A stretch of DNA of 64,000 bases from Octopus sinensis. Taxonomy: Eukaryota. Of the stretch, positions 53,617-64,000 are shown piece after piece. The stretch's first letter is position 1. Every line of letters begins with the position of its first letter. Position numbers and translations under genes: made by a program. The stretch lies in NCBI RefSeq assembly GCF_006345805.1, contig NC_042997.1:189472001-189536000 (forward strand), in the 5' to 3' direction. Below the pieces are notes generated by a model. The model was not told where the DNA came from, did not search any database, and saw only the letters and a program-made list of their open reading frames with translations.

Positions 53617-53663
53617 ATATGCTGTGTTTCGCTGTAGAACAAAACGATTTATCTTTCAAAAGT

Positions 53664-53897
53664 CAAGGCGGCGAGCTGGCAGAAACATTAGCATGCCGAG
53701 CGAAATGCGTAGCCGTATTTCGTCTGCCGTTACGTTCTGAGTTCAAATTCCGCCGAGGTCGACTTTGCCTTTCATCCTTTCGGGGTCGATAAATTAAGTA
53801 CCAGTTACGCACTGGGGTCGATGTAAACGACTTAATCCGTGTGTCTGTCCTTGTTTGTCCCCTCTGTGTTTAGCTCCTTGTGGGTAGTAAAGAAATA
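53664..53897 (+). mobile_element. SINE family B monomer with perfect 18-bp TSD
   Basis: gatttatctttcaaaagt at 53646-53663 and 53898-53915. Confidence 0.92.
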
Positions 53898-54871
53898 GAT
53901 TTATCTTTCAAAAGTTCATGAATTTAGTTGAGTTTGTATACTCTACGGGTAGGTAGAGAGAAAATCTTTCTCGAGGTTTACATCTCGATCACTTGACTAG
54001 AGTGAAAAGAAAGAAAACAAACCATAACGACATGTTTTTGTTAAACAATTCATCAATATGGAAGGACAGCCACAAGATATCAGAGTCATATTCTTCCATG
54101 ATTAGCGATTTATTCAAATTCTTGAAGTTCACTGCACATTTTTTTTACTGATACAGACTACCACCTTCGATTTAGTTTTTCGTCTGTTGTTATCTCTTAA
54201 ACGTTTGAGAGCCTCTGTAGAATGTTGTTTCCAAAGGAGTTTCTACCATTTATAAAGATACAAGTGAAATGAAGTCACCGAGTTGGTTCTCTAATAGTTC
54301 ATTTCTTATCAAATGCTATTCATCATAATACTTTGCATACTGATTTTTCTTTTATCTTTTTCAAACATCAAATACTGATATAAGCCAGCGAGAGAACCTT
54401 TACGTCGTAGGCGACCAGCGAGGTTAACTAGCCAGATGTTCCTTAAATTACACCCTACCACTTTAAAAAGAAATAGTGGCTAAAGCTGTTCTGTGTGCAC
54501 TGTATCTCGGAAAAAAGTAGAAAAGCAACGGCTGGAGTGGTTTCGATTGTATAGCTTCTCGAACATGGATGGATGCAGTAGATAAAATATAACCAGTATA
54601 GATAACTCATAACTTTGCTAACCGCTGAGGTAGATTAATGATAAACTCGATCAAGGCAAGATTTGAAGATATACGGAGGTAAGAGGCTAAATAATGCGAG
54701 ACATTCAACAACACTATACTATTTCAGCCAATTACCACCTTCAAAATGATATATATTTTTAGATGTACAACATTCTTCTCCACGTTAAGACGCCTTGCAA
54801 ATATGCGTGAAGGAAGAAAAAGAAACACAACGTAGACTTTAGTATTATTATTTAGTGTTATTATTCTGTGT

Positions 54872-55490
54872 AATTGATGTTTTTATTGCAGACAGTTTTG
54901 ATTAAGATGCTGGCATATTTTACTTCTTATCTGTCTTCAAACCTCAACACTTGAACCAATCAAACTCCACTTGAAGTAGCAACACTGAGACCTTGGTAGA
55001 AGCTATGATTTAAGACTAACTGTTAATGTTGTATATGAAGGGTAGAGGATAGATCTATCTACTTATGCCATTCATTGGGAACTAAATAAGTGTAAGAAAC
55101 TTAAGTTCTCTTGTTACGGCTGTAAAGTTTTATAAGTAAAAGCTTTGGACAAAAATAAATAAAACCCCTCTGGTTTATTAGTTGCAAGCAGAGAGAATAT
55201 TTTATTTTATTGGTATCAACACTTTCGAAATGCTATTAAAACAAACAAAAAAATTTTTTTCCTGTATATTGAATTAAATTAGTATCCTGTCACCTTTTCT
55301 TCCCATAAACAGCGGAAGCAATAACCAGAAACGTAGTAGCAGAACTTGTAATGATATAAACGCCAGCATCAGCAACACACTCGTAAATAGCAATTCTCAA
55401 TAGTCTTTTAACACTACTAATTACAACATATTTATAAATGCGTGCTAACGAGGGAATCGCTGAACAATCGCTTGACCTACTACAAGCATT
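54872..55490. repeat. Unclassified ~570-bp dispersed repeat, copy 2
   Basis: Colinear with 31375-31950. Confidence 0.85.
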
Positions 55491-55639
55491 AGCCAAATCC
55501 CCCAGCTGCCATCAAACACCCAACTGTATGAAAAAAGAAACATGAGAAAAAGTATAGGATGGGTGCTGCCGAAATATCTCTTATCATAGATCTACTAATA
55601 AGCGCCCACCACCTAGAGTTCAACCTGACCTACAGCTAA

Positions 55640-55645
55640 ATAATA

Positions 55646-55711
<66 letters not shown>

Positions 55712-55731
55712 TAATAATAGTAATAATGATA

Positions 55732-55773
<42 letters not shown>

Positions 55774-55883
55774 GTAATAATGATAATAGTAATAATAATA
55801 ATAATAATAATAATATAATAATAATAATATAATAATATAATAATAATAATATAATAATAATAATAATAGTAATAATGATAATA

Positions 55884-55914
<31 letters not shown>

Positions 55915-55916
55915 TT
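55640..55916. repeat. (TAA)n array
   Basis: Direct reading. Confidence 0.96.
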
Positions 55917-56223
55917 AATACAAAGACCTGGAAATAGAGGTAACCAGAATGTGGAATCTAAAAACAGAAACAATTCCTATCATAGTAGGTGCATTAGGCA
56001 TGATAAAAAAATATTCAGACAAATACATAACAAAAGCACCAGGACTTACAAACACATATAACATACAGAAAATTGCACTACTGGGCACTGCACACATCCT
56101 ACGCAGAACACTTTCCATACAATAACCATCAGAGCATCACAACAAATCACAGCACATACCCAAGGCACACAGAGCTGCGCTCGGTAGTGAAGTGAAAGCA
56201 CGCTATAAAAATAAAACTACTGA
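55917..56223 (+). mobile_element. 5'-truncated copy of the 43-47 kb R4/Dong family (3' end only)
   Basis: Reverse complement of ~43029-43335 with only about two visible substitutions; (TAA)n on both sides. Confidence 0.92.
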
Positions 56224-56246
56224 ATAATAATAATAAAAATAATAAT

Positions 56247-56686
56247 AACTGATTGGAAATGTTATCATGTTCATTGTTTTGCCTTGGTACAAAAGATGGG
56301 CTACAGCAAATATTCTACTCAATACCACAGATTTGCTTGTCAGTTGTTTGACCTTAACCAGGTGACCACGTCCCTTAGTGGTTGACGATATGTGCATCTC
56401 TGACCACGAGCAGAAGTAGTGGAGGAGCATCATAGCCGTGTATTGAAAGGGATTCTTAAAGGTTTGGTAATTCACCTTTGGAAACATAGGTGGTTCGTTC
56501 AACATCTTTAAACAATCCTTATTCAGGGACCTGTTGAGCGGGATGGGCTTCTCGACCAGAAGAAAATTCTAACTGGGCCCCACCAGCAAGGTCATGAGCT
56601 GTTTCATGTCGCGCACATATGGTTGTGATGCATATGCCTGGTGTACCCTTATAGTCATGATGGGTATACTGGGCTTCGTATGTTTT
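56247..56686 (+). mobile_element. ~550-bp (TAA)n-flanked element, copy 4 (older, truncated at both ends)
   Basis: Reverse complement aligns with 1495-1960; more diverged. Confidence 0.85.
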
Positions 56687-56710
56687 AATAATAATAATAA
56701 TAATAATAAT

Positions 56711-57444
56711 AAACAAAATGAAACCATTGATCATGTTGTCTCCAAGTGTAGTCTTCTAGCGCCTACAGAGTATCTCAACAGGCATGATAGAGCTGCACAA
56801 TATATTCACTGGGGAATCTACAAAAACATGGATTTGCCCCATGAAAAAAACTGGTGGGAACACCTCCAGTGTTTGAAAATGACCACATCTCACTCCTATG
56901 GAACTTTCCCATCCAAACTGACAGATAGATGCAAATAGGCCAGACATCATATTGAAAGAAGTCAAACACAGAACATGCCTCCTCATTGATATGACTGTCC
57001 CAATCGATATAAACGTATCTGTCAAGACCTACAAAAAACTGAGCAAATATAAAGATCTTGAAATAGAAATCAGCAAAATGTGGAACCTGAAGACTAAGAC
57101 AATACCTGTTGTCATAGGTGCCCTGGGAATGATAGCAAAAGGGGCTGATCGCTACCTAACTCAGATACCAGGAAACTCCAAAATGGCAGAAATCCAAAAG
57201 ATAGTGCTCATGGGAACTGTTCATATCCTACGTAAATACTTTCTATGTAATCTTAAGTTTTAAAACAAACATACTTTTCGTTTTTTGTTTTGTTTTGACA
57301 TTCACTAGTACAACACTAAATACAAAACCAAATATATGGCACACTAGGCATAACAACATCACGAACTTCCAGCCTGTTGTCTCTTGAGGTCTCTGGGTGA
57401 GACTTGGAGCCAACTTGTACAAATATAAAGCAAAAGTCAAACAG
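56711..57444 (+). mobile_element. 5'-truncated R4/Dong-like element (endonuclease region + 3' UTR), tandem copy 1
   Basis: ETIDHVVSKCSLLAPTEYLNRHDRAAQYIHW; TCLLIDMTVP...KKLSKYKDLEIEISKMW; (AAT)n flanks. Confidence 0.88.
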
Positions 57445-57463
57445 AATAATAATAATAATAATA

Positions 57464-57506
<43 letters not shown>

Positions 57507-57509
<3 letters not shown>

Positions 57510-58239
57510 CAAAATGAAACCATTGATCATGTTGTCTCCAAGTGTAGTCTTCTAGCGCCTACAGAGTATCTCAACAGGCATGATAGAGCTGCACAATATA
57601 TTCACTGGGGAATCTACAAAAACATGGATTTGCCCCATGAAAAAAACTGGTGGGAACACCTCCAGTGTTTGAAAATGACCACATCTCACTCCTATGGAAC
57701 TTTCCCATCCAAACTGACAGATAGATGCAAATAGGCCAGACATCATATTGAAAGAAGTCAAACACAGAACATGCCTCCTCATTGATATGACTGTCCCAAT
57801 CGATATAAACGTATCTGTCAAGACCTACAAAAAACTGAGCAAATATAAAGATCTTGAAATAGAAATCAGCAAAATGTGGAACCTGAAGACTAAGACAATA
57901 CCTGTTGTCATAGGTGCCCTGGGAATGATAGCAAAAGGGGCTGATCGCTACCTAACTCAGATACCAGGAAACTCCAAAATGGCAGAAATCCAAAAGATAG
58001 TGCTCATGGGAACTGTTCATATCCTACGTAAATACTTTCTATGTAATCTTAAGTTTTAAAACAAACATACTTTTCGTTTTTTGTTTTGTTTTGACATTCA
58101 CTAGTACAACACTAAATACAAAACCAAATATATGGCACACTAGGCATAACAACATCACGAACTTCCAGCCTGTTGTCTCTTGAGGTCTCTGGGTGAGACT
58201 TGGAGCCAACTTGTACAAATATAAAGCAAAAGTCAAACA

Positions 58240-58240
<1 letters not shown>
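57507..58240 (+). mobile_element. 5'-truncated R4/Dong-like element, tandem copy 2
   Basis: Apparently identical to 56711-57444 at an offset of 796 bp; identical ORF translations in the track. Confidence 0.88.
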
Positions 58241-58303
<63 letters not shown>

Positions 58304-58304
58304 C

Positions 58305-58362
58305 CTTTCTATCTATCTATCTATCTATCTATCTACTATCTATCTATCTATCTATCTATCTA

Positions 58363-58415
<53 letters not shown>

Positions 58416-58475
58416 TTGTCTGTCTGTCTATCTATCTATATATCTATCTATCTATCTATGCCTGTCCATCTATCC

Positions 58476-58565
<90 letters not shown>

Positions 58566-58570
58566 AATTA
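58305..58570. repeat. (TATC)n/(TGTC)n microsatellite preceding a SINE C 3' half (~58580-58780)
   Basis: Direct reading. Confidence 0.9.
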
Positions 58571-59121
58571 TGTATCTATGTGTCATTGTTCCCCCACACC
58601 GCCTGACAACCGGTCTTGGTTTGTTTATGTCATCGCAACATAGCGGTTCGGCGAGAGTCTGACAGAATAAGTACCCGATTCAAAAAAGATAATCGGGGTC
58701 AACTTTTCAACTAAATCTTTCAAGGCGGTGCCCTAGCATGGCCGCAATCAAGTGACAGAGATAAGTAAAAGATAAAAGATACGTCTGCATTTACACGCTC
58801 AACAACAATTCTGTAAATCTTTCAACCAGACATTGCCCTAAAATAAACCATCCAATTCGATAGAGATCCCTTGGCAATTCATTTTTAATTGTGCGTAACA
58901 TCTGTAAAAATACCCTAAAAGTCTACCCACGAAGTAACCGGAAACCGATATGCAATACTCGATTACAATCTTTGGCGTTAACGTTGAATGTTTGAAACAG
59001 ATGATCATAGCATTACATGTTCTCTACTCTTTGTAAATCTTGGGTGCATTTATCAACGAAAGGAATTTAATATATCACGCCCACTTTGTGAATGATTTCT
59101 CTCGCCCAGATGCACTTCTAT

Positions 59122-59198
<77 letters not shown>

Positions 59199-59486
59199 TA
59201 AATAAAATAAAACATATGCATATATATAAACATATATGTACGTACCTACCTCTACATGTACATATACACGCATATATGAGTACAGGACACCAAAAGGACG
59301 TCGAACACAATGAGAAACGAAAACATAGACACAAACCAAAGGAACTGGACATTTTTTTTAAAAACAGCAAAAAAAAAAAAAGAGAGTACAGGACAATTAA
59401 CACAAAGAAAAAAACCCTTCTTCAGTCGCTAAAGGTTTCATCTACTCTACGTTTCGAAGGATAAAAGCGGATATATATATATATAT

Positions 59487-59768
59487 ATGTTAAAGATAGT
59501 TTCCAGAAGGAATTATTAAAAAGTTCAGTGAAATATTGGTATATACGCACAGAATATTATAAAGTGTAAAGGGGAAGACAGGTGAGGTTTACCCGTGGAA
59601 AGAAAAGCCTACGGAAAAGACCACGGTAACCTCGGTCAATGAAGTCACATGTTACTTTTTTTTTACAAAAAAAGATAGATAGATAGATTTTCTCTTTCAC
59701 ACACACACACACACACACACATACATGAATTTCACCGATGAAAGCTGTTTCTTCTCCGCATATTCCAT

Positions 59769-59863
<95 letters not shown>

Positions 59864-59878
59864 TGTGTGAAAGAGAAA

Positions 59879-59916
<38 letters not shown>

Positions 59917-60101
59917 TTTTTTGTAAAAAAAAGTAACATGTGACTTCATTGACCGAGGTTACCGTGGTCTTTTCCGTAGGCTTTTCTTTCCACGGGTAAA
60001 CCTCACCTGTCTTCCACTTTACACTTTATAATATTCTGTGCGTATATACCAATATTTCACTGAACTTTTTAATAATTCCTTCTGGAAACTATCTTTAACA
60101 T
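59487..60101. repeat. ~615-bp foldback: ~240-bp near-identical inverted arms
   Basis: 59487-59726 is the reverse complement of ~59855-60101; one substitution seen, plus microsatellite length differences. Confidence 0.93.
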
Positions 60102-60367
60102 TTTCTTGAGAATGTATATATATGTTGGAATCTTTTGTGCCCAATATTTTAATGAACTTGTTAAACTTTTTTTATGTTCTTAACATGTTCTTGTTACCAA
60201 AGACTGTATATATATATTGTAGCATTTTGTGACAACCAATAATTAACACAACCAAACTTTTACATGTTACTTTTGACAATCTTTTTCTAAAGAGTGAAAC
60301 CGGTAAAGTAAATAAACATATTTTAAAATTGCATTCTCAAACCTTCTTTCGTATATATATATATATA

Positions 60368-60564
60368 ACAGGAAGCTTTATGAAAATAAATAAAAGACGA
60401 AGGCAGGTGGAATGCAAACAAACAATTGTATTAGTATGGCCTCAGGACTATAAATGAAACAAGTCTTTTACGTTTCGAGCCTACGCTCTTCAACAGAAAG
60501 ATACACAGAAAAGAAACATGGAGAGAAATAAGGAGAGAAAAAATGCGTGCAGAAGCTAGCGAAA

Positions 60565-60565
<1 letters not shown>
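60368..60565 (-). mobile_element. Short probable PLE pseudo-LTR, hammerhead-like motif at 60464-60501
   Basis: Reverse complement reads tcttt-ctgttga-a-gagc-gtag-gctc-gaaacgta-aaaga (5-bp stem I). Confidence 0.55.
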
Positions 60566-60597
<32 letters not shown>

Positions 60598-62269
60598 ACA
60601 CACAGTAGTAGTTGGAGTAGTGGTGGTGGTGGTGGTGGTGGTGGTTGTAGTTGCAGTAGTTGTTGCATTAGTGCAACTGTTGTTTTTAGTTCTCATGCAT
60701 ATTCTGTGTAAATATTTTGCCACAGTCTATTTTGTCTGTCATTCCTCATTCTTCTAATCTTAAAAAAATTCTTAAGTTCCAGCTAATACGACACGGCGGT
60801 GAATTGTATTAAATATCTCATTTTACTTTATTAAATGTCAAAAGAAGTTATAATAATTACTAATCGATCACATGTTTCAGAGTAAAATGTCAGTTAATCG
60901 ATTATCGTTTCAAGCCCATTCACTTTACGCACGTCGTAAATATTGTTTGGAAAAATCTACGTACTTAAAAAGAACCCATTTTCTTCTACAAATTTGGAAC
61001 TTTATGTCGCATACAAAACGAGCTACCCCTATACCCTTTCCTTTCTTCCTTCCCTTTCGTTTATTATCAACAACCACCACCTCCACCTCTACTATGATAA
61101 CCATTTTAATGAATATTATCATGACGATAATCTTCATTATGATGATTTATCTTCATAATAATGTTGGATTCATTCCAGTTCTTCGATGTATCTAGCCATG
61201 ATCTTTCTATTGCAGTTCAAGTAACTGGTATGCCAAATCAGGGTGCTCAAAACGATTTGTGAATTAATTAATGTGTAACCCTATTCATCATGTAGTACCA
61301 AAAGAGTATTATACCTATTATCGTAACAGAGATAATATCTCTCCGTTTTGCACTCGATTTTCGAACAACCAACGGCCGCATAATGCACTAGTACACCTTA
61401 ATTTAGCGATAATTAAACTGAATAACCGGGATATTTGGTGTAATGTTACATAAGAATTGCTTAATATAAAATACAATTGTTTGACGAGTTTGTATACTGA
61501 CTATTTCGATGAGTGTTCGTGAAAAAAAGAATTAACATCAAACTAAAATTCATTTGTTTGGTTTGCACTTCATATTTTACTTGACTGAAACAAGATATTT
61601 AATAATATACGAAATTGTATATTTACTAACGGAATTTAAGTGCGCATCATTCCCAGCGGGAATGTGTCATAACTTTACGCCCAATCAATAGAAACGAGCC
61701 ATCAAAAACAAGACAAAGACAAACTTCTCTACATAAATATGCGGGTATGCAAAAGCTGGATCATCGCATGAGGTGCCGTCCTCTTGATTTCGTATTGTTT
61801 ATTCTTAGCTCAGCTTTGGTTGATTAGTGGCATTCCAGCCTTGATTCGTTCTTTCGGACACAATGTATCTAGTACTACATTATAAATTGTATATTTCCTT
61901 ATATAATATGACTGGTGTGATCAGGAGTAATTTGGCTGATATTTCTAGAGTTTCCCTTGGTGAATCGTACCCCGTTATCTCCTGCTTTTCCTTCAATAGT
62001 TATTACAATGACAAAAGTCTAGAAACTATTCCCCGCTGCACAAGACTCTGGCTCAAAAGCCTTGAAATACAGCGGGGTGCAGGGATGCGAGTTCTCTTTC
62101 CTGGGATGTGTTTGTGTCTGATATTGCTGAATACAATACATCTTTGCCATCTGTATTGTATCACATTTTGAAATCGTATTCTTGGGAGGTAATTATATCA
62201 AGCAAAAAATACATTGACAAATCTTGCAACTAAAGGTGAAAATATGAATGTTATATCTAATAATACGAA

Positions 62270-62700
62270 AGGCGTCGAACGGGCAGAATCGTTAGCACGC
62301 CGGTCAAAATGCTTAGCAGCATTTTGTCCGTTTATACGTTCTGAATTCAAATTCCTCCGCGTTCGTCTTTGCTCCTCATCCTTTTCTGGGTCGATGAAAT
62401 TAGTACTAGTTGAGTACTGGGATCGATGTACTCGACTAGCTCTCTCCCTCAAATTTCAGACCTTGTGCCGATAGTAGAAAGGATCATTAATAAGGCGGCA
62501 AACTGGTAGTATTGTTAGGACGACAGGCAAAATGCTTAGCGGCATTTCTTCCGTCTTTACGTTCTGAATTCAAATCCCGCCGAGGTCGACTTTGTATTTC
62601 ATTCTTTCGGGATCGATAAAATAAACAGCAGTTGAGCACTGAGATCGATGTAATCAATTAGCCCTTCCCACGAAATAACAAGTATTGAGCCAAAATTTGA
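62270..62700 (+). mobile_element. Two adjacent diverged SINE B-related copies
   Basis: Heads at ~62270 and ~62492. Confidence 0.75.
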
Positions 62701-62979
62701 AACCAGTATTTTATAATACGATACAGACTTCACAAGAATATATTTTCTTTCTTGCGCATGTATAAAGCTATCATCAAGTCAATTCTGTACGTTCCAAAAT
62801 ACTTTGAGATTTAGTTATTTTTGTTAACCCCTCTTCCATATCAATAAAAATGATCTTATATGACATCACAAGTTATATGTTACGAATTTTTAGGCAAACC
62901 ATATTTTATATTTTATTCTTCTTTCACTTTAAGCATGTAGGTACAGTCTCTACACAAACTTCATATTACAGTTCCCAAG

Positions 62980-63370
62980 GCATCGAGCTGGCAGGATCGT
63001 TAGCACGCCGGGCGAAATGCGTAGCCGTATTTCGTCTGCCGTTACGTTCTGAGTTCAAATTCCGCCGAGGTCAATTTTGCCTTTCATCCTTTCGGGATCG
63101 ATTATATAAGTACCAGTTACTCACTGGGGTCGATATAATCGACTTAATCCGTTTGTCTGTCCTTGATTGTCTCCTTTGTGTGTAGCCTCTTGTAGGCAGT
63201 AAAGAAATAGGTATTTTGTTCGTCTTTACATTCTGAGTTTAAATTCCTCGGGGTCGACTTTGCCGTTCATCACTTTTGGGTCGATGAAATAAGTACCAGT
63301 GGCGTACTGGAGTGGATTTAAACGACTTAACCCCTCCCTCCAAACTGCTAGCCTTCTGCCAAAATTTGAA
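62980..63370 (+). mobile_element. SINE family B with second diverged unit
   Basis: gagctggcaggatcgttagcacgccgggcgaaatgc... plus a repeated body. Confidence 0.82.
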
Positions 63371-63819
63371 ATCAATATTTCAGTTCCCAACTACACCATT
63401 ATTCCTTCGATTAATGAGGACTTTTGCAATATTCTGCTAGTTATGATACTAGAACTCCTATTCAACAGCCCCCTAATCAAACTACTAGATCTGACATAAA
63501 ACCAAACAATATGAGTGCTACTGTTAAACAACACAACTGAAATTGCTTACTTTGTATATTGTCTAAGGCTGGCTCATTTAGATTTAGATGTTCTTTCATG
63601 TAAGCCTCATATAACCAATATAGCAAAATTATAAATGGAAACGACTGGGTTTCTTTGAGATCTAAATAGAAAATACTTATAAGGAAGAAACACAATTTTC
63701 GATACATATATGGAATGTCAAATCGTATTCTTGGGAGATATGTATGTCTAACAAAAAATACATTGAGAAGCCCTGCTGCTGAAAGTGAAGATATGAATGT
63801 CGTATCTAATAATACCAAA

Positions 63820-64000
63820 AGTGGCGAGCTGGCAGAATCGTTGGCACCCCGAGCAAAACACTTAGTGACATTTCGTATGTCTACGTTCTTGGTTCAAATT
63901 CCGCTGATTTCGACATTGCCTTTCATTCTTTCGGGGTCGATGAAATAAGCACCAGTTGAGTACTGAGGTTGATGTAATCGACAAACCCCTCCCCCAATCT
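63820..64000 (+). mobile_element. SINE B-related copy running off the window end
   Basis: ggcgagctggcagaatcgttggcacc...ggttcaaattccg. Confidence 0.75.

Noticed and set aside
59415-59470. Permuted (type II) hammerhead on the minus strand
   Set aside because: CGAAACGUA and CUGAAGA-AGGG are both present, but no stem I can be formed between them; treated as a decayed PLE end.
61863-62171. 102-aa ORF and a possible minus-strand exon in unique sequence
   Set aside because: No recognisable domain; short ORFs of this size arise by chance; no convincing splice pair.

Overview
Repeat-saturated, AT-rich animal genomic DNA, very probably cephalopod (Octopus-like). This is inferred from the abundant SINE families and the dense (TA)n/(CA)n/(GATA)n/(TAA)n microsatellites. 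No host gene can be recognised; there is only one weak orphan exon candidate (38604-38681). Almost all ORFs in the supplied track are microsatellite or SINE artefacts. Supported content: (1) three SINE families (A, B, C), several with target-site duplications; (2) a near full-length R4/Dong-clade LINE (RT + CCHC + restriction-like endonuclease, minus strand, about 43029-46977), nested with other R4/Dong fragments and a ~550-bp non-coding partner element in (TAA)n arrays; (3) decayed L1/Tx1-like, RTE and three Tc1/mariner remnants; (4) non-autonomous Helitron/Helentron-type elements and a MITE; (5) many (TA)n-flanked short elements with hammerhead-ribozyme-like cores, probably Penelope-like element (PLE) pseudo-LTRs. 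The most unusual object is an extremely AT-rich 2.3-kb stretch (23520-25822). It appears to be a PLE whose RT and GIY-YIG motifs become legible only after reversing G>A and C>T changes, while its 3' hammerhead region keeps normal GC. All coordinates and alignments were made by eye and are approximate; no database search was run.
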